From positions 1-64,000 of the IMG/VR virus record IMGVR_UViG_3300029787_000018: a stretch of DNA of 64,000 nucleotides. The stretch is one strand, 5' to 3'. Source of the DNA: a virus. Shown here one piece after another: positions 8,899 through 19,030 of this stretch (positions are counted from its first letter, which is position 1; each line of letters starts with the position of its first letter). The position numbers and the translations under genes are program-made. The notes beneath the pieces were generated by a model. It ran no database searches, was not told where the DNA came from, and saw nothing but the letters and a program-made list of their open reading frames with translations.

Positions 8899-9266
8899 AT
8901 AGAATCAAAGCTATTAAGTTCATAGAACTTGTTAAGCAAGCTTATGTCAATCATAGACCTCATGGTTCTGGTTTGTGTAAGCACGCTTATGATGTGTATT
9001 GGGATAATAAATATTCAACGATGATTGATTATTTGGAAGAGTATGATTATTTCAAAGCGATGTTGAGAATCGATTCAGCCTTTTGTGGTGTTATGTATCA
9101 ATATTCTCACAATTTAGGTTTCGGAACAGGTGTGAGGTCTGTTGATGTTAAGTCTATGCATCCCATGTACAGAAACTACTATCATTGGCATCCTGAAGAT
9201 ATTCAATCACGTCTTACATTCTTGGACGATATTGTAAATCACTTATCAGATACGGATAAATCATAG
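8886..9266 (+). CDS. Early hypothetical protein
   Basis: 126-aa ORF overlapping the upstream stop. Confidence 0.65.
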   Translation: MGAVDRIKAIKFIELVKQAYVNHRPHGSGLCKHAYDVYWDNKYSTMIDYLEEYDYFKAMLRIDSAFCGVMYQYSHNLGFGTGVRSVDVKSMHPMYRNYYHWHPEDIQSRLTFLDDIVNHLSDTDKS

Positions 9267-9372
9267 TCAAATACGTAAAATTAGGTAGGTAGGATCAACG
9301 TTCTACCTCTCGTAAGTATATTATATCATCTTAAACATTAAACGTCTCGGAAACGAGCTTAAAATCATTTAT

Positions 9373-9858
9373 ATGAAAAAAGAGCATCAAATTTACATTA
9401 ATGAAAATAGGTTAAAAGAATCTATGTTAACAATGGCAAGTTCAATGGGAATACCTTACAATCGTGTTAGAAACTACATGATAAAAAAAGGATTACAGCT
9501 TGAAATCAAAACAAAAAAGAAAAAAACAGCTTCTATAATTTCTGGTGGTTCATTTTATAACAACTTAAACTGTAATGATTTGGGTTGTGTACAAGAATTA
9601 ATAGTTTCAGTTGACTTACTAACAAAAGGCTATAATGTTTATAGAGCTCATTCACCATCTGCGCCATTTGATATAATGGCTTACAAAGAAGATGGTAATG
9701 TACAATATAACATTGAAGTAAGAACAGGTATGAAAACCGTTAACGGGAGTTTGTATTGGGGCAAAACTAAACATGAAAATCATTTTGATATTTATGCTAT
9801 AGTTTTTGGACCAGATATATATTATTACAACAAAGAAAAAGAATTAATAATTATTTAA
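9373..9858 (+). CDS. HTH + PD-(D/E)XK endonuclease (group I intron-associated type, free-standing)
   Basis: GCVQELIVSVDLL.KGYNVY...PFDIMA...IEVRT; N-terminal HTH-like segment. Confidence 0.7.
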   Translation: MKKEHQIYINENRLKESMLTMASSMGIPYNRVRNYMIKKGLQLEIKTKKKKTASIISGGSFYNNLNCNDLGCVQELIVSVDLLTKGYNVYRAHSPSAPFDIMAYKEDGNVQYNIEVRTGMKTVNGSLYWGKTKHENHFDIYAIVFGPDIYYYNKEKELIII

Positions 9859-10054
9859 ATTAAATCAATATGTTATCAGGATCAGGAAGAGGTCGTTCAT
9901 CCTCTAAATCATTTTTCATGAACGAGTATATTATGCTTGCCGTTGCATTCTTTGGAATGGCATTGGTGCTCATTGGTTGGTTATTGTACAACCAAGGCTA
10001 CATAGCAGGTGCCGAGATGTGTAAGGAAATAATCGATAACTGTAAATAAACATT

Positions 10055-10318
10055 ATGAAAGACTGGACACTTATCAGAACATTGTTGCTAATGTTCTTAG
10101 CAGGTTATATATCCTACGTTGTAGGTTATAACCAAGCTATGGAACAGAGCGGTCAGGACACAGGAAGAATAGATGCCAAAGTCGCCGAGGTACGACGTAT
10201 GATCGAAGGCAGGTATCTTACATTGGTGAATAATCCCCAAAGCCTACAGGAACAGATTATACTTGATTGTGTAGTCTATGGTGATTGTGCCAAAGCAACA
10301 CATTTAATTAACGAATAA
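10055..10318 (+). CDS. Hypothetical protein with N-terminal TM helix
   Basis: 87-aa ORF. Confidence 0.55.
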   Translation: MKDWTLIRTLLLMFLAGYISYVVGYNQAMEQSGQDTGRIDAKVAEVRRMIEGRYLTLVNNPQSLQEQIILDCVVYGDCAKATHLINE

Positions 10319-10442
10319 ATAAAATAGTACGATTATGTCATTTGTGTAGATATGGACATTAACTAAAATTACGATGGGATGAATTTTGAAGAAAGGCTTT
10401 TGAGACGACCCATTCAAAAAAACCTGAAAACGCCAATAAAAA

Positions 10443-10460
10443 GTATAGGTGCACCTATAC
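10443..10460. repeat. Perfect 18-bp palindrome upstream of an early gene
   Basis: GTATAGGTGCACCTATAC. Confidence 0.85.
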
Positions 10461-10500
10461 ACAAATAAATAAAATAGTAATCTTTTAAATTAAATATATC

Positions 10501-10860
10501 ATGAAAAAGTTCGCACAAGAATTCGCAAAGCCAGTAGCAATTTCTGGATTAAAGACTATCAAGGTTGTAAGTATCGGAACACTTGGACTAGCATCCACTA
10601 TTCTAGGAACGGCATCCAATTGCATTGCTGCAGGATGCAATACCGGTATCAAAAAGCTGAAAGGCAAAAAGACCACGTTCAACGAACAGCTTGTGGATAT
10701 CCATGACTACCAACATTTGGCAAATAAGATAATGGACGGTAGAGTATCTATTGTAGAAGCCTACGACTCCGTTGTTCCGGAGAAGTGGAAGATAGTAATG
10801 GAATATCTAAGCCAGCCATACAGAAAAGCTGCCATGGATATCAACCAAGGAAGATTGTAA
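10501..10860 (+). CDS. Early hypothetical protein
   Basis: 119-aa ORF. Confidence 0.65.
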   Translation: MKKFAQEFAKPVAISGLKTIKVVSIGTLGLASTILGTASNCIAAGCNTGIKKLKGKKTTFNEQLVDIHDYQHLANKIMDGRVSIVEAYDSVVPEKWKIVMEYLSQPYRKAAMDINQGRL

Positions 10861-10890
10861 CTAGGATTAACATTTAAAACTATATAGCAC

Positions 10891-11157
10891 ATGTTGACAT
10901 TACCAACACGCGCCAAGTTTGTGGAAACACAGCTTGGCGCTTCTATTTATGGGTCTAAAATGATATTCGAAATGCATGAAGCTATGCTTAGAGCTACCAA
11001 TGCCGGTAGGTCTAGCGTACTATATCATTTCGATAAATCTTATTTGAACGATCCTAAAGCCAAGCTTCTTAATAAATTGTTTATCGAGTATCTAAAGTCA
11101 AAGAAATATAAGATTGACAAGGAAACCGATCAAAACTTTCTAATACATATCAAATAA
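10891..11157 (+). CDS. Early hypothetical protein
   Basis: 88-aa ORF. Confidence 0.6.
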   Translation: MLTLPTRAKFVETQLGASIYGSKMIFEMHEAMLRATNAGRSSVLYHFDKSYLNDPKAKLLNKLFIEYLKSKKYKIDKETDQNFLIHIK

Positions 11158-11211
11158 AAAAAGGGAGCGCGAACTCCCCAAGATTTACTAACTGTTTAAA
11201 TACTTTTTAAA

Positions 11212-11598
11212 ATGAATACAATTGTTGACAGCACAAAGTTAAAGAAAAAAATTCCATACTACCAAATAGTAGACATTGAGAATGAAATAGATAACGTTCC
11301 CGTAACCCCTCAAACGGGTAAGGAGAACTGGACCAGGGACGCAGAAATATTGGTATACGATTCATCGGAATCAAAACCTAAAAGTCCTTTATCAATAGTA
11401 TTGGCACTCATGTACAAAGAGTCTAACAAATACTATAGAAAGGCTGAAAAGACTACAGCTAAACTCTTAGGTCGTTCAAGTGACAAAGATCTGGTTAAAA
11501 TCTATAGACGCTCGCAAATGTCTATGTTCTGGTACTCATTGGATATGATGATGTACGAAGTACAGAATACTATGATGCATATTGCATTAAACAAATAA
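11212..11598 (+). CDS. Early hypothetical protein
   Basis: 128-aa ORF. Confidence 0.6.
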   Translation: MNTIVDSTKLKKKIPYYQIVDIENEIDNVPVTPQTGKENWTRDAEILVYDSSESKPKSPLSIVLALMYKESNKYYRKAEKTTAKLLGRSSDKDLVKIYRRSQMSMFWYSLDMMMYEVQNTMMHIALNK

Positions 11599-11631
11599 AT
11601 TAATTAATCAATTTCTAATACACATTTTATT

Positions 11632-12210
11632 ATGACACAAGTAACAAGTACACCAAGTATCTCAAACATTAAGGAACTTCCAACAGGAGTATTGACAAGC
11701 CCTAAAACCATTGTCAAGCTAAAGTTCCTATCGCTTAACATGGCAACACGTGATGCTGTTATACGAATTCAGTATAAAGGCATCAAAGGAAAAGAATTTA
11801 TAACGCTTATCTCTTCGGCCAAGCTAACGGTATATGCCATGAAGTACCTAACAAGCAAGAGAGGCGTTAAAGATGAAGACGGTAACCTTACCGGTGAGTA
11901 TCTGACAAACTTTGAAAGATACCTGAAGAAAAGAGAATTGCCTATTGATACACCATTGGGCGATATGGAGTTTGAATCGGAAAACCATAGCGAGCAATAT
12001 GTGCTTAATCCATTCTCGGTAAGGTTCAACAAGAAGTTTGAGTATGCCACCATTGAATTGGTAAACATGCCGTTCAAAAGACCTATTGTCAAACACAATC
12101 CGATGAACGGTAAAGAGGAAGTAGTGAAATACGTTTACCCTATGCACCGTACGGAGCGTAGAGTATTGAACGTAGGTAAAGCTTATTATAAACGAGTAAT
12201 TGTAAGATAA
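11632..12210 (+). CDS. Early hypothetical protein
   Basis: 192-aa ORF. Confidence 0.7.
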   Translation: MTQVTSTPSISNIKELPTGVLTSPKTIVKLKFLSLNMATRDAVIRIQYKGIKGKEFITLISSAKLTVYAMKYLTSKRGVKDEDGNLTGEYLTNFERYLKKRELPIDTPLGDMEFESENHSEQYVLNPFSVRFNKKFEYATIELVNMPFKRPIVKHNPMNGKEEVVKYVYPMHRTERRVLNVGKAYYKRVIVR

Positions 12211-12211
12211 T

Positions 12212-12415
12212 ATGAGCAAAGTAACAGAGCTTAAAAACCATTGGGTTATCTATGACGATAACGGTATCATACATAGCGGTACCGAGGCGGACATGAAATA
12301 TGCGTTCGAGGTCATGATAGAACCAATGGCTTATTCTAAGCAAGAAAGAAAATCATTTTATGTAGATTGGAAAGGCGACTTATGCCTTTCCAATACTACT
12401 CATATTTACAAATAA
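12212..12415 (+). CDS. Hypothetical protein
   Basis: 67-aa ORF 1 nt after the upstream stop. Confidence 0.55.
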   Translation: MSKVTELKNHWVIYDDNGIIHSGTEADMKYAFEVMIEPMAYSKQERKSFYVDWKGDLCLSNTTHIYK

Positions 12416-12527
12416 ATGAAAAAGTCCTTTAGAACAAGGGCACTATTGAAAATGAGTTACGAAGCGTTTGCCATATACATATTCTGGCGAGCGCTTATTT
12501 ATTTATTAACCGAGTTAATTATATTTT

Positions 12528-12908
12528 ATGGGAGCAACAGGTGAAATCTATCACGAATGTAGACACAATGATTTTGATGCTAGTAGAGCTAGCGATTTTA
12601 TGAGGTCTAATATAGAACGTGAAATAAAACCGAACAAAATGATTGCAGGTCATTTGGTTCCTGGTCTACAGACAAATAAATATACCATACCGCACGAGCT
12701 ATACATATTATGCGAGAAGCCTAGTGGTATCAGATTCGCTATAGTAGTAACGATTACTATAGAGCACAGTGAAATAATCTGGCGCAACGAATCTGAATTT
12801 GAAGGACCGGTTTATTCCAAATGTCCTAAGTTTATTATTAATCAGTTAAGTCCAACCAAGCAAGAATATAGCATTGCTTGGCGTAACCGTTGTAAAGAAA
12901 ATTATTAA
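12528..12908 (+). CDS. DUF6927-like protein
   Basis: ESEFEGPVYSKCP..II..LSPT..EYS.AWR.RC motif. Confidence 0.55.
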   Translation: MGATGEIYHECRHNDFDASRASDFMRSNIEREIKPNKMIAGHLVPGLQTNKYTIPHELYILCEKPSGIRFAIVVTITIEHSEIIWRNESEFEGPVYSKCPKFIINQLSPTKQEYSIAWRNRCKENY

Positions 12909-13141
12909 TGGCAAAATTAAGCGATAAAGAACAAGAGTTGTTGAACGATAAATACTGTAAGGACAACAACATAAATCCAGATCAACGAGCTATGTTGGTC
13001 GCAACATGGATTCACTGTGACGAAGAAGATAAATCAACTGAGTATATGTTTGCACTTATGTCGGACATGGGAGATTTAAGCTATGACGACACAGTTGAAT
13101 TTGTAATGAACTATAAAAGAACTTCTAAAGATTTTAAATAA
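12908..13141 (+). CDS. Hypothetical protein
   Basis: 77-aa ORF with TAATG coupling. Confidence 0.6.
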   Translation: MAKLSDKEQELLNDKYCKDNNINPDQRAMLVATWIHCDEEDKSTEYMFALMSDMGDLSYDDTVEFVMNYKRTSKDFK

Positions 13142-13143
13142 TT

Positions 13144-14214
13144 ATGAGATCAAAACATCAAATATTACAGGAAAAATTAGACGGATTATTGAACAACAAC
13201 CAACACATCATGGATGTTGTGGAGAAAATAGACCACGACGTTAACAAGATGGAGGACGCAATAGTTCCTTTCGGTCCAATGTCAAAAATGAGATTCTACT
13301 CTAATGGAGAATTCAATGTAATGATGGGTGGAGAAAAATATGAACTCCATAGCAATGCATTGAATCAACTATCTTACCAATTCGGTATTCCGGCATCATA
13401 TAGCAAAAAGCTTATGCAAACCAAATGGGGCAGAGATTTATTGCAGGACGTATTCACGCAGCACAACGACAACTCTTCAAGAACTAAGATGTTGGTGCGA
13501 AGCGTTGACAACGAGATACGAGGTATTGTATCGGATAAATATAGACGCTTGGACAGTCGTATCATTTATGAAAGGTTTCTTAGTGTTGCTAAACAAAACG
13601 GAGCTGTGCCTATACAAGCCCACTATACCAAAGTGAAACAGTACATGACCGTAGTGTTTCCTAGGGTCTTTGAAATAAATACGGAGAACAATGGAACCGT
13701 ATATACCGCATTTGGTGCACGTATTGTAAACGGTGATTACGGTAACAGTGCATTGCACCTTAATTCATTTATGATGCAATGTGTATGTACGAATGGATTG
13801 GTAGGTACAAGCGCATTGAATGTAAAGCATTTAGGTAAACGTCTTTCACCTGATCTAAAGCTTAGTCAACGTACATATGACCTTGACACAAAGACAATGG
13901 CAAGTTCTGTGTACGATATTACAAAGAGCTTGTTATCTGAAGAGGTTATGCTCAAGAATGTAGCGAAAATGAAATCTGCTAGTAACGAAATAATAGACAT
14001 GGATATGGCTATTAAAAAGTTACCAAAGGAAATCCATAAAGAAGAGATTAAAGGTATTCAGACTATTCTGCAGAATGGTGATGAAGAACGTGGCATCTAT
14101 GGTAAGCCTACCAAATGGAAACTATCACAAGCCATAACAGCAATGGCTAATGATGTAGGTGGTTCTCGTAAGCAAGAGCTTGACGAGATAGCTGGGAAAT
14201 TCTTAAAAATGTAA
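13144..14214 (+). CDS. DUF932-family protein
   Basis: RGIVSDKYRRLD, NGDYGNSAL and QCVCTNGLV motifs. Confidence 0.75.
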   Translation: MRSKHQILQEKLDGLLNNNQHIMDVVEKIDHDVNKMEDAIVPFGPMSKMRFYSNGEFNVMMGGEKYELHSNALNQLSYQFGIPASYSKKLMQTKWGRDLLQDVFTQHNDNSSRTKMLVRSVDNEIRGIVSDKYRRLDSRIIYERFLSVAKQNGAVPIQAHYTKVKQYMTVVFPRVFEINTENNGTVYTAFGARIVNGDYGNSALHLNSFMMQCVCTNGLVGTSALNVKHLGKRLSPDLKLSQRTYDLDTKTMASSVYDITKSLLSEEVMLKNVAKMKSASNEIIDMDMAIKKLPKEIHKEEIKGIQTILQNGDEERGIYGKPTKWKLSQAITAMANDVGGSRKQELDEIAGKFLKM

Positions 14215-14215
14215 T

Positions 14216-14485
14216 ATGAAAATTCTATTTGTAATAAAGAAAGAAAACTTGAATAGTTTTAAGCCTTGTACAATGACACAAGCCGTTACCGAAGTCAAAA
14301 ATATAGACGAGGTAAACGAGATTATGGATTCGTTTGAAAAACAAGGATTAAAAGTAACAGGAACCTATCCAGAGGATAAAGAAACTTGGAGAGAATGGCA
14401 AAAGAAATCAAAGTTGAAAACAAAGACTTCTACCAACACCATGGTAAATACTCATCAAGGACAAAAAGAAGACTTTACCAATTAA
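14216..14485 (+). CDS. Hypothetical protein
   Basis: 89-aa ORF 1 nt after the upstream stop. Confidence 0.5.
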   Translation: MKILFVIKKENLNSFKPCTMTQAVTEVKNIDEVNEIMDSFEKQGLKVTGTYPEDKETWREWQKKSKLKTKTSTNTMVNTHQGQKEDFTN

Positions 14486-14946
14486 AAGAGATGGGCTTTA
14501 CCGAAGTAGGCAATGCTGAATTTGGTATAGAATCTGTATTCTCCGGACTTTACATAGAAAAAGTCTGGGATTACTCCAATAAATATTGGAACGATTATAT
14601 CAAGTTTATAAACGATTGTAAAATGAGCAAAGTAAAGTTCAAAGATTGGGATTGTAAAGTAGAACTAGGTCAATATGCAAATGGTAGAACAGCCATAACT
14701 TTGGTTTCATCAAGAATACATGATGAAGACCCTGACATGATGGTTCTTGAAGGAGAGCCTATAGCTACGGCAACCATTAATGTTCCAAAAGCCGATATAT
14801 CGGATAATGAAGTTATCATTAAAGATTGGTCGGAGAACAAAGGTATATTGGAATGCTTGATGAAAGCTTTTATTGTTGCCGAACCACATGGCATAATACA
14901 TACGCCTGGCGCAGATGCATCACTTTGCAAATTGCTCATTAAATAA
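14386..14946 (+). CDS. Protein with C-terminal DUF4313-like domain (possible internal start at MSKVKF)
   Basis: YANGRTAITL...EPIATATINVP...IIKDWSENKGIL. Confidence 0.55.
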   Translation: MERMAKEIKVENKDFYQHHGKYSSRTKRRLYQLKEMGFTEVGNAEFGIESVFSGLYIEKVWDYSNKYWNDYIKFINDCKMSKVKFKDWDCKVELGQYANGRTAITLVSSRIHDEDPDMMVLEGEPIATATINVPKADISDNEVIIKDWSENKGILECLMKAFIVAEPHGIIHTPGADASLCKLLIK

Positions 14947-15014
14947 TAGTTTAATGCTCGGTAATAGATATTTGTTAACTTAGTCCTGTTATAACACATT
15001 AAAAATATATTTAT

Positions 15015-15443
15015 ATGGGACCAAAATTTTCAGATCTTGAAGCACAGAATCAAGAGATTCAAGCTTCTGGTGTAGCTGACGTTATCGCAATGTCAAATGC
15101 ACCTTTTGATGCTTTCATAGCACAGACTTACAGTGATTACAGAGCGCAGATAATCAAAGACAGAACCGAAGTTGTCGTAGGTGATAAAGCCTATGCCGGT
15201 AATGTTGAGGGAATAGTTACAGCAATTACCGACGATGGTGAAGTAGCACCAGAGGACACAATAATTGAAGTAACCTACAGAACTCCGTATATGCAATCGC
15301 CCAATGCAGATTCAGTAGAAAATAGAGTCGTAGAATACAACATCATAGATAATGATGATGCTGATTCGGACGGTACAAACAAAGTTACCGCACCTAACGA
15401 ACTATCTGGTGATGGAGTAGTTTTTTTTAGAATTATAGAATAA
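15015..15443 (+). CDS. Acidic hypothetical protein
   Basis: 142-aa ORF followed by its own terminator. Confidence 0.7.
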   Translation: MGPKFSDLEAQNQEIQASGVADVIAMSNAPFDAFIAQTYSDYRAQIIKDRTEVVVGDKAYAGNVEGIVTAITDDGEVAPEDTIIEVTYRTPYMQSPNADSVENRVVEYNIIDNDDADSDGTNKVTAPNELSGDGVVFFRIIE

Positions 15444-15471
15444 TATCATGTATCATTGCTATTAAATTTAG

Positions 15472-15503
15472 AAAAGCCTGTTTATAATAAACAGGCTTTT
15501 TTA
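15472..15503 (+). terminator. Intrinsic terminator
   Basis: AAAAGCCTGTTTAT-A-ATAAACAGGCTTTT followed by Ts. Confidence 0.75.
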
Positions 15504-15542
15504 TTAACCTACTTTTTTTATTAACTTTTTAAAACAGATAAA

Positions 15543-16334
15543 ATGAAAAGATTATTATTAGTGTTTAGCACATTTATTTTATTATCTAGTTGTAGTAAAG
15601 ATGAAATTAAATTAACCGAACAACGTTATGGTTATTTAAAATTCAATACTAATTATGCAGATGTAACAACATCTAAAACACCTGTTCCTGAGTGTTCCGA
15701 AGAAACTCCTATATCCATACATTATAAAATGGTAAATTCAGAAGGTGTGGACTATTCTAAAACTTTGGGAATTGAAGTTTTTGGAAATAAGTTTAATATA
15801 GACCCTTTTATATTAGATGAAGGAGAGTATTTAGTTACCGATATTACATTATTAGACTCTAATGGAGAAGTTACACATGTTGTACCGGATGAAGTGGACC
15901 CTAGATTTCCATTTTCACAATTAGTATCTAAAAGTGTACCATTCGATATTAGTATTACAGCAGGTGAAACAACTAATGAAGCAATAGAGGTTATTTGCTA
16001 TACTGAACAAGAATTCGTAAGTTTTAATGGAGAACTTGGATTTGACGGAGATGCTTCAAAGTTTATTTCAATAGGAATTTACGTAGGTATAACATCCGTA
16101 GAATGCGTATCCACTATAGGAATATCTACGTTTAATGGTAGGTCTGAAGTAATATTACCTATACAATCTGATTCACCTATGATATTTCCTATACCAGCTT
16201 GGAAAAGTTTCAGCATTAGAGCATATGATGCAGATGGAAATGTAGTTTGGGAAAGATTAGATGAACCCGGAAAAGAACCAGACTTTTTACTAACTGCTGG
16301 GGAATTTTATTATATAAGTCCAAATTGTAACTAA
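15543..16334 (+). CDS. Lipoprotein
   Basis: MKR-hydrophobic-LSSC lipobox followed by SKDE, typical of Bacteroidota surface lipoproteins. Confidence 0.75.
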   Translation: MKRLLLVFSTFILLSSCSKDEIKLTEQRYGYLKFNTNYADVTTSKTPVPECSEETPISIHYKMVNSEGVDYSKTLGIEVFGNKFNIDPFILDEGEYLVTDITLLDSNGEVTHVVPDEVDPRFPFSQLVSKSVPFDISITAGETTNEAIEVICYTEQEFVSFNGELGFDGDASKFISIGIYVGITSVECVSTIGISTFNGRSEVILPIQSDSPMIFPIPAWKSFSIRAYDADGNVVWERLDEPGKEPDFLLTAGEFYYISPNCN

Positions 16335-16340
16335 TAAAAT

Positions 16341-18863
16341 ATGCAAGAAACGATTGATTGGGGTAGCGACATAGCTATCCAAAGAAATCCTGTTTCTGTA
16401 GATTTACCTATTTTACAACCTGGCCAAGTTCATAATGTAGAAATGATCGAGGCTAGGTTTGAAATAGGTAAAGGTCGTATGATTACCGACGGAACAGGAA
16501 CCGGAAAAACGTATACGGGTTTAGGTGTAGCTAAAAGATTTTCTTTGTTGGGCAAAAATAAACAGCTCATAGTTACGCCTACGGACGATAAATGTAAAGA
16601 TTGGATATTAGAAGGAAACCGCGTCAATCTTTTTATAACACAATTAAAAGATAGCAATGACATGGGTAGAGGCATTAGAACCACTACCTATGCAAACTTT
16701 TATCAAAATCAAGCATTACTACGTGAAGAATTCGATTTGATTATATATGATGAAAGTCATTATATAATGCAAAACGCAGCAGGAAAAGAAACATCATGTT
16801 TCGATCAACATAAATTGATATGTTCCCTTCCTTCTGTATTTGAAAAGCGTGGTGCTTATTTTATAGGTAGAAGACCTTTTACTATCAATAGCCCTAGTGA
16901 GGCAACACCAGAAAAAATCCAAGCGAATAAGATTTGGCAAAAGCGCTGTTACGACAAAGGCCTGGAGCTTTATCACAAGACCAAGGTTTTGTTTATGAGT
17001 GCTACTCCTTTTGCATATGTCAAGAACATTAAATATTGTGATGGACTAATGTGGGATATAGAGGAACGCCTAAACGAGGAACTTCATCCTCATGTTGGTT
17101 ACGGTCAACCTACTAGGTGGGAGAAATTTTTGATTGATAATTTCGGCTATCAAATGAAGAACGGTAAGCTTCAAAAACCTGACGTAGAAGTGGACACTTC
17201 TATATTGGAACGTGATTTCTTTGAAAGAGCCAAAGAGAAAAATCTAATGTCAACAAGAGTTCTCGAACTTGATGTTGATTACTCTAGGCACTTTATTAAA
17301 GTAGATACGGAACTAGGATTGAAAATCGATGAATTCTTTAGCTTGCTATGGAATATCAACGATGTTAAAATGTCCGAGATAAGGTTTATATTCAAAAGAC
17401 ATTTCAACCATATCTTTACTTCTAAGATGGTTGAATCGGCTAAAGCAGAGAACCTTTTTGACCGTATCGACACACATTTGATGCTAGGTAGGAAAATAGT
17501 TATTTTTCATGGATATAATAACATAGATATTACGCATCCATTTAGAATAGATAACTGCAGAAAGTATCTTGACAAAGATGAACGTTGGCGTGAACATAGT
17601 CTGAATAGATTATTGGAACAGTTCTATGAAGCATACCCTGAGTATGCAAATTATGATGTAAGTCATTTAAGAAGTGTACCGGAAATAATCAAGGGCAGGT
17701 ATAAAAAACGTTGTGTTCTTTATAACGGAACTATAGGAAAACCTAAGCGTAGAAGAGATAAAGACACTTTTATGGACGATGATAGCGATGTAGATATAAT
17801 CGTTATTCAGTCACAAGCGGGTCAAGCTGGAATATCCTTGCACGACCTTACAGGTTTCAGACCGCGGGTGTCAATAGATATGTCGTTACCTACCAGGCCA
17901 CCGGAAGCTATTCAGAAAGAAGGTAGGACTTATAGATGGGGAAGTTTATCTAATGCCATTTATGAGTACCCTACACTGCAAACGGCTATGGAGCGTATGG
18001 TATTTGCATATACTATTGCCGAGCGCACAAGAACCGTGGAGAATTTAGCGATGGGTAATCTTGCTAGAGATTTAGAGTCCGCCTTTAAGAACGGATACGA
18101 AAATTTCGAGGAAGGATTGCCCAATATTGGACAAGGCAGATTAGGTAAAGCAGAAGATAAAAAACTGACGGCACCTATATCTCCTTTCCAAAAATCCATT
18201 ACTTACTACTATCAAAAGCAAAAGGCAAATAAAAAAAGGAACAAAGCTTTACATACCGATTTCTTTGCTACTCCCGAGCCTATTGCGTTTAAGATGGTGG
18301 AATGGGCTAATGACAATGAAAATATGGTATGGCTTGACCCTAGTTGTGGTGATGGTGCCATTGCCAGATTTTTCCCCGATAACACAAAACGAATCGCTAT
18401 TGATGTAGATGCAAAGCTTTTGTCGTTATGTAAACTTAAAGCCAATGTAGATGCCAAACACATGGATTTTATAGAATATAAAATCAATAACAAGGCTGAT
18501 AGGATAATCATGAATCCACCTTTTGGCTATGGTGGTAAAACAGCTATAGAGCATTTGCTGAAAGCATTGATACATTTACGTAAAGATAAAGGCAACGCTA
18601 AACTTTATTGTATCATACCTAGAGGTTCTAGTTGTGAAAAACATTTTGAAAGAATGTCGGAGAGCGCAAATATGAAGTTCTTCAACTATACCGGTGAAAT
18701 ACTTTTACCGAAGTGTACTTTTAATAGGGCTGCAACTTCTGTAGCTACTAGAATCGTAAGATTTGAAGGAACGCACATAGCACAACATTTCCGTTCCATT
18801 GACTTAACCTATGTAGAGAACAACAAACAGTTGTTTGAAGTGTTTGAACATTTAGAATTTTAG
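16341..18863 (+). CDS. SF2 helicase (strawberry-notch-like) fused to an N6-adenine DNA methyltransferase
   Basis: DGTGTGKT, DESH, SATP, AGQAGISLHD, QKEGRTYR; C-terminal DFFATPE, DPSCGDG, NPPF. Confidence 0.85.
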   Translation: MQETIDWGSDIAIQRNPVSVDLPILQPGQVHNVEMIEARFEIGKGRMITDGTGTGKTYTGLGVAKRFSLLGKNKQLIVTPTDDKCKDWILEGNRVNLFITQLKDSNDMGRGIRTTTYANFYQNQALLREEFDLIIYDESHYIMQNAAGKETSCFDQHKLICSLPSVFEKRGAYFIGRRPFTINSPSEATPEKIQANKIWQKRCYDKGLELYHKTKVLFMSATPFAYVKNIKYCDGLMWDIEERLNEELHPHVGYGQPTRWEKFLIDNFGYQMKNGKLQKPDVEVDTSILERDFFERAKEKNLMSTRVLELDVDYSRHFIKVDTELGLKIDEFFSLLWNINDVKMSEIRFIFKRHFNHIFTSKMVESAKAENLFDRIDTHLMLGRKIVIFHGYNNIDITHPFRIDNCRKYLDKDERWREHSLNRLLEQFYEAYPEYANYDVSHLRSVPEIIKGRYKKRCVLYNGTIGKPKRRRDKDTFMDDDSDVDIIVIQSQAGQAGISLHDLTGFRPRVSIDMSLPTRPPEAIQKEGRTYRWGSLSNAIYEYPTLQTAMERMVFAYTIAERTRTVENLAMGNLARDLESAFKNGYENFEEGLPNIGQGRLGKAEDKKLTAPISPFQKSITYYYQKQKANKKRNKALHTDFFATPEPIAFKMVEWANDNENMVWLDPSCGDGAIARFFPDNTKRIAIDVDAKLLSLCKLKANVDAKHMDFIEYKINNKADRIIMNPPFGYGGKTAIEHLLKALIHLRKDKGNAKLYCIIPRGSSCEKHFERMSESANMKFFNYTGEILLPKCTFNRAATSVATRIVRFEGTHIAQHFRSIDLTYVENNKQLFEVFEHLEF

Positions 18864-19030
18864 ATTATGGTAAGAATATCAAGTACAACTATTTTTGATT
18901 CTATTAAAGAAGTTAAAAAACATGTTGAAAAACAAAATATAGATGATGATAGATATATTTTAGTTTCGTGTAATTATGGTGATGTAATGTTTGAAAAAAG
19001 AAAAGGAAAAATTAAAAGAGTTTTTATTTA

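Noticed and set aside
9373-9858. Group I intron around the endonuclease
   Set aside because: Flanking genes are intact and separate; no intron core was recognised.
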